Positions 53,243-64,000 of a stretch of DNA of 64,000 nt are shown here, one piece after another. The stretch's first letter is position 1. Every line of letters starts with the position of its first letter. Under the pieces are notes generated by a model that made no database searches, was not told the DNA's origin, and saw only the letters and a list, made by a program, of their open reading frames with translations. The position numbers were made by a program, and so were the translations under genes. Source of the DNA: Gekko japonicus (taxonomy: Eukaryota); assembly GCF_001447785.1 (NCBI RefSeq), contig NW_015159767.1, forward strand, positions 1-64,000. The letters are read 5' to 3'.

Positions 53243-53617
53243 TGTGAGAAGAGCAGGCTGCTGGAGAAGACTCTTGAGAGTCCCCCGGACTGCAAGAAGA
53301 GCAAATCAGTCAATCCTAAAGGAAATCCACCCTGACTGTTCCCTGGAAGGCCAGATAATGAAACTGAAGCTCAAATACTTTGGCCACCCAATGAGAAGGG
53401 AGCACTCCCTGGAGAAGACGACCCTGATGCCGGGGAAGATTGAAGGTCAAAGAAGACGGGGACGGCAAAGGATGAGATGGTTGGACAGTGTCATCGATGC
53501 AACGAACGTGAAGTTGAGCAAACTTCAGAGGACGGCGGAAGACTGGAAGGCCTGGCGGGAGCTGGTCCATGGGGTCTCAAAGAGTCGGACTCGATTGTGC
53601 GACTGAACAAAAAAAAA
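53243..53617 (+). mobile_element. BovB LINE 3' fragment
   Basis: WRRLLRVPRTARRANQSILKEI...LKYFGH...GKIEGQRRRGRQRMRWLD...HGVSKSRTRL, then an A-rich tail. Confidence 0.88.
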
Positions 53618-54545
53618 GCCTTGGATATCCAGATTAGGGGAGTATTTCATTAGGCCTCTCAATACAGATGATGGGCTTCTAATGTCCTGGCCCCACTGGT
53701 GGACCTCCTGATGGCACTGGTATTTCTGGCCACTGTGAGACACAGAGTGTTGGACTGGATGGGCCTTTGGCCTGATCCAACATTGGTGTCTCTTATGTTC
53801 TTATGACTCTCCGCGTACCACAGGGACTCTATTAGCAAAGCCTATCTAGGAAGAATGGGTTATCATCGATCTATTTGCACTCTTGGAAATGGGCACTGGG
53901 CTCATCTGGCAGAGAAAGGTCAGAGACTGGACCCCTCGCATTCCGTCGCGCTTCGATTCCACTTGTCACCGTTTCCTCTCTTTCCGCCAAGATATGTTTC
54001 TGTGTCAGCTGAGGACGCGCTTCAGGCATCTGATGAAGTGGGCGACAGTCCAGTCTCTCTCCGCCCCACAGTCGGCATGAGATGCCTACGCGCTGGCTTT
54101 GCAAAGTGGGAAGGCAGCTGTGAACTGAGTCCAGGCACGCCAAAGGCATAAATCTCTCCACTCGGAACAGCAGCCGCCCACGACTGGCAATGAGTTAATG
54201 ATGTTCTGACGTTAAGTTATGAAACCTTTAAAAACAATTATAAGGCCGATGGTGAAAGCGGCTGTCAAGTTCTGAGTTATGGTGACCCCCAGGCTAGCCC
54301 GGTCTCCTCAGATCTCGAAAGCTAAGTGGGGTCAGCCCGGGTTAGTATTCGGATGGGAGACCAGTGTTCCCTCTAAGCTGAGTTAGTGTGAGCTAGCGCA
54401 CCGTTTTTTTAGCCTCCAGCTCACACATTTTAGTCTTAGCCCAGGAAGAAGGGATCCGGAGCAAATTAATTTAGGCAGGAGCCAAATCACTGGCTCACAA
54501 CTTTAGTGCCAGGAGCTCACAAAGTAGAATCTTTGCTCACAGGAC

Positions 54546-55127
54546 TGCGTAGCAACCCCGGACTTCCTTGGTGGTCTCCCAGCCAAGGACTAACCAGGGC
54601 CAACACAGCTTAGCTTCTGAGATCTGATGGGATAGGGCTAGCCTGGGCCATCCAGGTCAAGGCAAGAGATGAACAGAGGTGGTTGGCCGTTGCCTGCCTC
54701 TGCGTAGCAACCCCGGACTTCCTTGGTGGTCTCCCGTCCAAGGACCAACCAGGGCCAACCCTGCTGAGCTTCTGAGATTTGATGGGATCGGGCTAGCCTC
54801 AGCCATCCAGGTCAAGGCAAGAGATGAACAGAGGTGGTTGGCCATTGCCTGCCTCTGCGTAGCAACCTTGGACTTCCTTGGTGGTCTCCTGTCCAAGGAC
54901 CAACCAGGGCCAGCCCTGCTGAGCTTCTGAGATCTGATGAGATCAGGCTAGCCTGGGCCATCCAGGTCAAGGCAAGAGAAGAACAGAGGTGGTTGGACAT
55001 TGCCTGCCTCTGCATAGCAACCCTGGACTTCCTTGGTGGTCTCCCGTCCAAGGACCAACCAGGGCCAGCCCTGCTGAGCTTCTGAGATCTGATGGGATCG
55101 GGCTAGCCTGGGCCATTCAGGTCAGGA
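54546..55127 (-). repeat. Tandem array (about 3.7 x 155 bp) of 5S rRNA-derived SINE units
   Basis: Period 155. The minus-strand unit aligns to 5S rRNA (gcccgatc..gatctc.gaagct.agcaggg...tgga.gggagacc). Dispersed copies near 15430, 16990, 35980, 38535, 50960 and 53010. Confidence 0.8.
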
Positions 55128-55316
55128 CAGCAATCACAATAGGTATTCATAAAATAATTTTGTACAGAGAATCCCTCGTTCCACCCAAAATCTGACATGT
55201 TGCCCGTGGCTGGGGTGGAGTGAACCTTGGCCCTATCCGCTCTCATCCAACAAGAGTAACCTGGTCCATGGCTGAAGCTTCAGGAAGGCCTTTTTCTCTC
55301 TTTTCCCCCCACCCAG

Positions 55317-55532
55317 GGCTCTGTGACGAACGCCCGGCGTCAGCCCCTCGCTCGGCCCAGAGAAGCTCCATGCACAACCTGGTGTCCCCCGTCCCCTCCC
55401 TCTTTCGGGCCCTCATGGCGATCTCTGACAACGACCCCCCTGTGGGCTGGAGCATCCTGACCCTGCCGGTGGAAGAGGAACTGCGGCAGAACCACGCAGA
55501 CACAAGCCACCTATTGCTAGGGCCACACACAG
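55317..55532 (+). CDS. Twisted gastrulation-family gene, coding exon 3
   Basis: cccag acceptor and gtgagc donor. LCDERP...PVPSLFRAL...WSILTLPVEEEL resembles TWSG1 PIPSLFRAL...WNIVSFPVAEEL. Confidence 0.9.
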
Positions 55533-57612
55533 GTGAGCTGCGGGAGAGAATCCTGGGGGATTCGGAAAGTGCTCAATGCACAGGGGGTGGGGGGACCTGG
55601 GCGCACAGGAGAAATTGACATGTGGAATCCAACTCAGAAAGTGTTTGATGTGCATGATGTAGGGTGAACCTGGTGCACAGGAGAAATTAACATGTGGAAT
55701 CCAACTCACAGAGGTAGGGTGAGCTGGGTGAGCAGATGTGAAAATAGCACATGGAAATAAATTCAGAAAACCCTCGATGCACATAATACCCCGGGAACTA
55801 AATGTGCATGAGAAATTAACATGTGCAAATCAAGAGTGTGCATGACATACGTTTCTTCAGCCGTCAGGAAGACCATTCTCTTCCCAACATGAGCCAGTTC
55901 TGCCTCAGCTAAATGTGGGCAGGAGACTTCCTCAAACAGATATATTAGCAGTCAGGGGTCGTTTCATAGAAAAAGAGGTGCAGGAGCTCATTAGCATAAC
56001 TTATTTGCATATGCCACACCCCCTGGCATCACCGGAAATGTGTCAGAAGGCTCCACTGGACTGTTTTGGATTGCTAGCTATTGGGGGGGTGGACATGCAG
56101 ATCTGTCCTCGCAGAGGAGGGAGAGCTTGTACCCAGGGCCAGCCCACTCACTAGGCGAACTAAGCGTTTGCCTAGGACGGGCCGGCCCTTAGGGGCGCCA
56201 AACTGCACCTGCAACTCCCCACCATGTCTGAGAGTGAGCAAGAGCCAGTCTGGGGGAAGGAAGGGGACATGGGTGACAGGTCGGGGTGCTCTGGTCAGCC
56301 ATGGCCTGCCTTTCCGTTTCGGGTCCTCCCTGCCGGTGTTCCGGGAGGGAGGGAGGGAAGGCGGCGTTGGCCCTGCGTCCCAGTCCCACCCCAGTCCCGC
56401 CGGGATTGGTGTCTCCCCCCACCGCCTCTTATTCCCTGGTCGCCGACATGGAGCTGCCTCCGTGAGCCGCCGCCGCCAGTCGGTCCTCCTCTCACAGAGG
56501 GCGTCGCGGACTGCGCTGGCCTCGCCTCTCCCTTGCCGCACCATTGCTAGACGGCCACTCCAAGCAAAAACAGATAGAGAAATCTCTGACCTTCCCCACC
56601 TCAGTGCCCTGCTGCACTTTGACTTCAGCTGCCTGCCTGGCGTGGCTCCAGCCTGTCCCCCTCCCTGCTTGCAGCCCTCTGCGGCTGTGGGGCTTCTCGC
56701 GCCTCTTCCTCCTCTCCCCAAGAAGCCTTTTCAACCGGCTGGAAGGTGTCTGCCGCTTTCCTTTCACTGCGCACTCCCTCCCCCCCCCCCATGCCCCTGC
56801 CGCCCTGGGGCGGAATGCGGTGACAGGGNNNNNNNNNNNNNNNNNNNNNNNNNNNNNNNNNNNNNNNNNNNNNNNNNNNNNNNNNNNNNNNNNNNNNNNN
56901 NNNNNNNNNNNNNNNNNNNNNNNNNNNNNNNNNNNNNNNNNNNNNNNNNNNNNNNNNNNNNNNNNNNNNNNNNNNNNNNNNNNNNNNNNNNNNNNNNNNN
57001 NNNNNNNNNNNNNNNNNNNNNNNNNNNNNNNNNNNNNNNNNNNNNNNNNNNNNNNNNNNNNNNNNNNNNNNNNNNNNNNNNNNNNNNNNNNNNNNNNNNN
57101 NNNNNNNNNNNNNNNNNNNNNNNNNNNNNNNNNNNNNNNNNNNNNNNNNNNNNNNNNNNNNNNNNNNNNNNNNNNNNNNNNNNNNNNNNNNNNNNNNNNN
57201 NNNNNNNNNNNNNNNNNNNNNNNNNNNNNNNNNNNNNNNNNNNNNNNNNNNNNNNNNNNNNNNNNNNNNNNNNNNNNNNNNNNNNNNNNNNNNNNNNNNN
57301 NNNNNNNNNNNNNNNNNNNNNNNNNNNNNNNNNNNNNNNNNNNNNNNNNNNNNNNNNNNNNNNNNNNNNNNNNNNNNNNNNNNNNNNNNNNNNNNNNNNN
57401 NNNNNNNNNNNNNNNNNNNNNNNNNNNNNNNNNNNNNNNNNNNNNNNNNNNNNNNNNNNNNNNNNNNNNNNNNNNNNNNNNNNNNNNNNNNNNNNNNNNN
57501 NNNNNNNNNNNNNNNNNNNNNNNNNNNNNNNNNNNNNNNNNNNNNNNNNNNNNNNNNNNNNNNNNNNNNNNNNNNAGCCCCCCCCCCCCCCCGGTCCTGA
57601 TTTCTTTTGCAG

Positions 57613-57833
57613 GCCTGGCCTCCCCGGATACCGAGGGCCTCAATGCGACGGCACCCCCCTGCCAGGCGATCTTCTTCAACGAGTGCCTCTCCATGAGCCG
57701 ATGTCGCGCGGCCTGCCAGTCGGTCGGGGCCTGGCGCTACCGCTGGTTCCACAACGCCTGCTGCCAGTGCTTGGGACCCGACTGCCGGGGCTACGGGGGA
57801 GCGCAAGCACAGTGCTCCAACTGCCGGGAATGA
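57613..57833 (+). CDS. Twisted gastrulation-family gene, last coding exon (C-terminal Cys-rich domain)
   Basis: ttgcag acceptor. CQAIFFNECLSMSRCRAACQSVGAWRYRWFHNACCQCLGPDCRGYG...CSNCRE* contains the YRWFHNACC Tsg signature. Confidence 0.93.
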
Positions 57834-57962
57834 GCTCTGGATCCCTCTCCCCACCACGCGCCCCCTGCCCGTGCGCACCGTTTCCCATTTGTCTCTTCTC
57901 TCTGTGCTCCCTTCCTTTTAAACTGAAATGGCCTTCGTTGATCCCTTTGGTCCCAGATCACA

Positions 57963-58178
57963 GATCCAGAGGAGTGAGCTGTGTTAGTCTGTTGCTGCAA
58001 AATAGTAAAAAGCCCAGTAGCACCTTTAAGACTAACAAACTTTATTGTAGCGTAAGCTTTTGAGAAACACAGCTGTCTTCGTCAGATGCATGCATCTGAC
58101 GAAGAGAGCTGTGTTTCTCAAAAGCTTACGCTACAATAAAATTTGCTAATCTTAAAAGTGCTACTGGACTTTTTACTA
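57963..58178. mobile_element. Palindromic Penelope-like remnant in the TWSG-like 3' region
   Basis: 88-bp arms 58003-58090 and 58091-58178 centred on gatgca|tgcatc, with a CTGACGA...(G>A)AAAGCTTA decayed hammerhead. Confidence 0.65.
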
Positions 58179-59741
58179 GTTCCAAAGGCATCCCATCATC
58201 TCTTTTCCCTGCACCGATCTAGAAGGGTCCTCACAAGCTCTTTGTGTGGCTACCCTTCCATCAACAGCGCCGCCTCTTGCAAAGAGTTGTCCTTTTGCAG
58301 CCACCTGTAGCTAACTGGCCAACATTCCCTCCGCTTCTCTTATCTCCCCAGATCCATTGTTTGGGACCCGCATACAACCTTTGTAGTGATTGGGGTTTTT
58401 ACCCCTGTAGTAATAATATGAATAAAATCTTTTTACTTATTTGGGGAAAGGAGTTTTGGACTGGGGTAGAAGAAAATGACTGTTGTATACCAAGCCTTCC
58501 TGAAGTACTACAGACGTGTATTGGGGAAGATAAGGATGCTTTAGAATAACTTTGAATCTTGTGACTCATTATAGACGTGGCTTATTAAAGACAGACACAT
58601 TTGCCTTCTAGCATAAGCTTGTCCTGGACCACTTGGTCAGATGTGCTAGATAGTAGCACCTTAGATAACAACAAGGTTCCAGGGTATGAGCTTTCAAAAG
58701 TCAAAGCTCTGGATTCAAATCTAGCTGTCCAACTGCAGACTGACATGGCTATTCCCTTGAAACTGTCTTCTTGGTCAAACGCACTGTTAGCAGTCAGACC
58801 CCTGCTCCCCCAGGAGCAGTTTAGCGCATGTAGAGAAAGAAGTAAACCCCCTTCATACAGATATCACCTCAAAAATCACAATTATGAAACACTGTCTGGC
58901 CCAGAGTGATACACAAAATCTCTGCCAGAGAAAAGCTAGAAGCCAAGCCTGGGAAAAATTTTGAAGGTAAAGAAGAGATTGGATTCATACCCTGCCCTTC
59001 CCTCGGAGTCTCAGAGCGGCTTACAATCTCCTCCCCACAACAGATGTCCTGTGAGGTTGGTGGGGCTGAGAACAGCTCTGAGAGAACTGTGACTGACCCA
59101 AGGTCACCCAGCTGGCTGCATGTGGAGGAGTGGGGAATCAAACCCGGCTCTCCAGATTAGAGTTCGCTGCTCTTAATCACTGCACCAAACTGAAGCCAAA
59201 GGTGGCCACCCTATGGAGATGCACCACTAAGGACAATAGGTTTCCCCTGACCAATCCTGTCAACACCAGCCCCACTTCCCCCTGACCTATGTACCCCAGT
59301 TTAGCAATTCTTTACTCTTAAAACCAGTAATCACGGGGACATCAAGAGACATTTACACCTTTGGTACACCTCAGGAAGTCCCATCAAACTTCTCCCACCT
59401 CACTGTTTACTCTCCTGAAAGCCCATCAAGGCATTGTTTTGGAGGCACGCGCACACACACACACACACGTGAGCCCTTAGTAGAATAAATACCTGTTCAT
59501 GTGTCCCGGGATTTTTATTTGTGGCCACAACAGATTTATCTGAAATTGGGATCACTTGTGACCGACCCACAAGAGGTGCTCTGGGCCCAGCAGGTTAGTA
59601 TCTGCAGCTCTGAAGGGGGGGGCAGCTAGTTCATCAAGCCCCCCAAATGAGCTCACAGCCATATCTCAGGAAGGGCCCTGTTCATATGAACACATGACGC
59701 TGCCTTCTGCTGAATCAGACCCTCGGGCTACCAAAGTCGGT

Positions 59742-60228
59742 CTTTCTCCCTATGAAGAAAGGTTAAAGCGCTTAGGGCTCTTCACCTTGGAGAAAGGATG
59801 GCTGAGGGGTGACACAATTGAGGTTTACAAGATTACGCGTGAGATAGAGCAGGTCGAGAAAGAAGTACTTTTCTCTCACACACACAATACAAGAACTCGT
59901 GGGCATGCCATGAAATTGCTGAGCAGTCGGATTAGAACGGATAAAAGGAAGTCCTTCACCCAAAGAGTGATTAACACATGGAATTCACTGCCACAGGAGG
60001 TGGTGGCAGCTACAAGCATGGATGGCTTCAAGAGGGAATTAGATAACCATATGGAGCAGAGGTCCATCCGTGGCTATCAGCCACAAGGTATAGGTAGGAA
60101 CTCTGTCTTGGGCGAGTGATGCTCTGTGCTCTTGGTGCTTGGGGGGGGGGCAACAGTGGGAGGGCTTCTGGTGTCCTGGCCCCACTGGTGGACCTCCTGA
60201 TGGCACCTGGTATGTTTGGCCACTTGCC
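59742..60228 (+). mobile_element. CR1 LINE 3' fragment with 3'UTR
   Basis: YEERLKRLGLFTLEKGWLRGDTIEVYKI...TRGH...WNSLPQEVV. Its 3'UTR-like sequence recurs at about 125-312, 4778-4880, 50063-50298 and 53670-53805. Confidence 0.85.
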
Positions 60229-60339
60229 ACCGGATGCAGAACACCCCAGTCCCTTTTAAAGGCATGGGGAAGAAAAGTAATAATTTCAACAGAGCATCCC
60301 TAAGCATGTGCAGAAAGTTTCCTAGTCAGAGAGTAGGAA

Positions 60340-61400
60340 GCACACCTTGGACATGAGCAGAGGCTCCGCCCCCTTTTCATCCACGAATCAGAGCCGCTGC
60401 ATTTACGGGGCAAGAAGTCCCCGGTTCGAATATACACCCAGAACAAACAAGATGTCAGTCCAACCGGGGGTTCCCGTTAGTCCCTCCCCGCCTCGCCGCG
60501 ATGGCACCCAGCTCCCTCCGCAAACCCGGGGCAGGACCAGCCCGCAACGTTCTGGAATGCGGGTGGCAACAAGGCTAGCCGAGGGTGCCTCTAAGCATGT
60601 GCAGAGCACACGGCCGCCGCCCAACCGGGCTTCCAGGTAAAGGCGGTGGACCCAGGCGTCCGGCTGCCTCGCAGGGACCCAGGCGCCCGAGCCTCCAGCT
60701 ATTCCTTCCCCCGCCCGCCTCCTCCAGCCAATGGCAGGGCCGTGGCCTACGGTAGTGCCAGTCAACTGGGGCCCCGCCACCCCCAGCTGGGGAGCCGAAT
60801 GGGCAGGCTTGCAAACCGCGGAGACGGGAGCCCAGCGGGTAAGCAGCCCTGGGTGGCGGGCCGGGCTTTCCTCGGGCGCTCGCTCCCCTCTCGGCCTCCC
60901 CTTCCCCAGGCGCTCCGCAGCCATCGCGGGAGTTTTTGGGTCCTCCCCTCGCCCTCCCTTCCCTTTTTTGGGGGACTGGGCCGCCGTAGGGTCTCCTCCT
61001 CCGCCTCCTCCTCTTTTTAATACCGCCCCCCCCCTCCCCGAAAGCAAGTTCGGCTCATTCGGCTGAGTCTTCCCACGTGCGCGGCTCCCCGCTCGGCACA
61101 CAAAGGGGCGCGGAGGAGACAATGCGCCTCTTCCGCCTTGCAAACCACCTCTCTGCTTTGCGGCTCCTTCCTTCGTGGGGGGAGCGTTGCGATAGTGGGG
61201 TGGGGGGCGGAGGTGGGTCAGTCATTTGTGGAGGAGGAGGAGGGGAGGAGGAGGGAATAGCGGTGGAGACCGGGTGGTAGACGGTGGAGAATCAGGGTCT
61301 CTGAGGCTGGGCAGAGGGAGCGTGACGGCGTCTGCAGTCGCGAGGTGGATCAAGAGGACTAGGAGCTTGTCTGGCCCAGGGCCTGGGGAAGCCGGTCCGA
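60340..61400. promoter_or_regulatory. CpG island / promoter of the next gene (HOMEZ expected by synteny; no coding evidence in window)
   Basis: Dense CpGs, GC boxes (ccgccc) and CCAAT at about 60728. Confidence 0.6.
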
Positions 61401-61807
61401 GGCAGGGGAGGCACCCCTGAAGGAACTACTGGGGCGGGGAAGCGGGACACTTGTCTGGGGGAACCGTATGGGGGTGCAAAGGAGCTACTGGAGTGATGTG
61501 AACAGCGGGAAAGTGGAGGCGTGCTGCATTTCTACCACAAGGAAATCGATGATGATGAAGAAGAAGAGATTGGATTTATACTCCGCCCTTCACTCGGAGT
61601 CTCAGAGCGGTTTACAAACCCCTTCCCCTCTCCTCCTCACCCCACAACAGACACCCTGTGAGGGAGGAAGGATTGAGGGAACAGCTCTGACAGAACTATG
61701 GCTTGCCCAAGGTCATCCAGCAGCTGCAGGTGGAAGAGTGGGGAATCAAACCTGGTTTTCCCAGGCTACAGTCGGCGCATTTACTACACGAAACTGGCTC
61801 TTGTGAA

Positions 61808-61987
61808 AGGTAGCCGTGTCAATTGGTCTGTAGCAGTAGGAAAGAGCAAGAATCCCAGGAGCAGCGTAAAGACTAACATCATTTGTGGCAGGGGAGGAGC
61901 TTTCGTGAGTTACTGGGACTTACGGAAGCTCCTCCCCTGCCACAAATGTTGTTAGTCTTTACGCTGCTCCTGGGATTCTTGCTCTTT
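61808..61987. mobile_element. Palindromic Penelope-like remnant
   Basis: About 70-bp inverted arms (61841-61910 and 61918-61987) with the same agactaaca...agcttt family signature as 58003-58178. Confidence 0.55.
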
Positions 61988-63654
61988 TCTCCAGTGGAAA
62001 CTGTTTCAAGTGCAAAAACCAGGCATCCTCGCCTCTGTTTGCCCCCACGACTGTCCTGTGAGGTAGGCCACAATGCCACGAGCCCTTCAGGCTTCCATAG
62101 CCCTGAACCTGCTGTTCAGCCTTGACAGGGCTGAGAGAAGTGACCGGTGGCAGAAGAGGGACTTGCCCTCTGGGCGGTACCTCGAGCCAAAACAAACCCT
62201 CTGGCCACTGAACGACTAAGAACGATTAATCGCTTGCCTTTGCAAATGGGGCTTTGTTTCTCACGACAGCCCTGTGAGGTAGGCTGCGCCAAAGCTCCCT
62301 GTGGTGGTCAGGGTTGCAAAAATCTACTTATCGGCAACGCGGTTTTAATGGATCAGGACGCTGGCAATTAATTGATTCCTCCGATGGAGACATCGTTTGA
62401 ATACTGTAGCCTGGATTAATAAAGAACGGCTGGACTCCTACCAATCTTTCTGCTGGAGCAAGGGAGACGGGGGTCCCCTTTTACCCGCCGGAAAGGGCCT
62501 GCTGTCTTTGGGATGCGTGTGAACCAATAAGGCGCATGGGAAGCGGAGCAGAATCGGGAAAGATTCCTCCTCGGGCTTGCGAAAAAGTCCACTGTTCCAA
62601 GTTGTGATTCATCCTGTATTTTTAGGATAGTCCCCTAAAAATCGTTGGGCAGCTCAATAAGAGCAGGTGGCGGGAGAGAGGAGACTTTGGAAAGACAAAG
62701 GAGCCACTCGGTCAGAGAAGCTACAAAAGGGGTGCAAAAGTTAGCCCGGCGGACCCAGGCATTTGCCTCCTCTTAAAGGGCCAGCTTTCCAAGCACGGAG
62801 AAACTCCGCCTTCTCCCCCCCCAACGTTTCCCAGCGTGCATTGCAGGGAGTAAGGGGGAGAAAGAAGGAAGGAAAGTCCTAAAGTGGAGGAGGAGACTAT
62901 CTAGCGGAGCGAGAGAGAAGGGGGATGGAAGTGAGTATGTGCGTGGGGGATCTGGGGGTGCAAGTGGGTTTCAGATGGGGAAGTCGGTGCTGGGGGAAAT
63001 GGTGGCGTTTAAGAAATTAAGAAAGAAACTAGAAATTTCGAGGGATGAAGTTGAACAGTATAATGCATTTGGGGGATGCATGCATTATATAGGTCTGTTT
63101 GTTTCCCAAAGACCTTTCCCCCTTGCAAGATCTCAGTTCCTGTGCGGCAAGTACCATCGGGCTGATCCGGTTGCATCTTAAACTTTTACACGGAAGCTTC
63201 AGTTTTGCTTTTATGGAGCTAGGACGGAATGGCTTCCCCCACTAGCGCTGCTGTTTATTTAAACGCCTAATTGTCTGAAGTCTCCTCTGTTGACATTAAT
63301 TGCTTTGCAATTGCTATAGTTATCTCTTTTAATTAAGGGCCAGCTGGTTTCCAGGACTAAGAGACAGCAAAATTGACCATTTGGTTTGGCCGATTAGCAC
63401 AGCATGTTGGTGCTAAATTTTATTTGGTTAGATTTATGGACTGTCCAAGTTTCAAGTTCTGGAGGTATGTAAGCAATTGTATTTTTTAAAGAGGATTTCC
63501 AGTTGGCCTGTTCCTGAAAGCGTTTTTGAGCTTAAAGGCTCAGAGAAATGCAAGGGAATAAATGGATTGTGATTTAGGGAATGCGTGAAAGGAAAACTTG
63601 ATCTGTACTAGAGCACAGTTTTGAAACACACTGTGGAACTGAATGCATATGCAA

Positions 63655-64000
63655 TGATTGTTGTTGTTGTTGTTCAGTTGCACAGTCGAGTCCGACTGTT
63701 CGTGACCCCATGTACCATATCACACCAGGCCCTCCCATCCTCTGCCACCCTCCGGAGCCTGCCCAGCGCTCATTGCATCAATAACATCTCATCCTTTGCT
63801 GTCCCCTTCTTCTTTGACCTTCAGTCTTTCCCAGCATCAGGATCTTCTCCAGTGAGTGCTCCCTTCTCATTTGGTGGCCAAAGTATTTAAACTTCAGCTT
63901 CAGTATCTGGCCTTCCAGGGAACAGTCAGGGTTGATTTCTTTTAGGACTGACTGATTTGATCTCCTTGCAGTCCAAGGGACTCTGAAGAGTCTTTTCCAG
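63655..64000 (-). mobile_element. BovB LINE 3' fragment
   Basis: Reverse complement of the same RT C-terminal region, with a (caa)n tail. Confidence 0.8.

Noticed and set aside
54546-55127. True 5S rRNA gene cluster or CRISPR-like array
   Set aside because: Units lack 5S termini, carry SINE body sequence and have no unique spacers; the DNA is eukaryotic.
44473-57833. Assigning the symbol TWSG1
   Set aside because: Divergence and synteny do not fit the orthologue; left unnamed pending phylogeny.
56081-58063. 660-aa ORF and other long ORFs spanning N gaps (also 21179-22408, 13912-14722)
   Set aside because: Their length comes from N runs; only the spliced exons are supported.

Overview
Vertebrate genomic DNA from a squamate reptile, probably a gecko (Sauria SINEs, BovB and CR1 LINEs, abundant tRNA- and 5S-derived SINEs, Penelope remnants, hAT MITEs). 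It is a draft assembly with several N gaps. The block is syntenic with human 14q11.2. It holds the last five coding exons of SLC22A17 (+, 708-6446), PABPN1 (-, 22288-13538, exon 1 partly in a gap) and PPP1R3E (+, 31672-36931). The most notable feature is an intact four-coding-exon gene (+, 44473-57833) encoding a 217-aa secreted twisted-gastrulation-family protein with all 24 cysteines. It is divergent from TWSG1 and lies outside TWSG1's usual neighbourhood, so it is a candidate second TWSG paralogue with no human counterpart at this locus. A CpG island near 60.3-61.4 kb probably starts the next gene (HOMEZ expected by synteny). Other points: no BCL2L2 is visible between PABPN1 and PPP1R3E; PABPN1 has two apparent lesions (7-nt frameshift in exon 3, missing canonical exon 6 donor) that may be assembly errors; and the PABPN1 last intron holds a 147-bp-arm palindrome with a minimal hammerhead ribozyme core on each strand.
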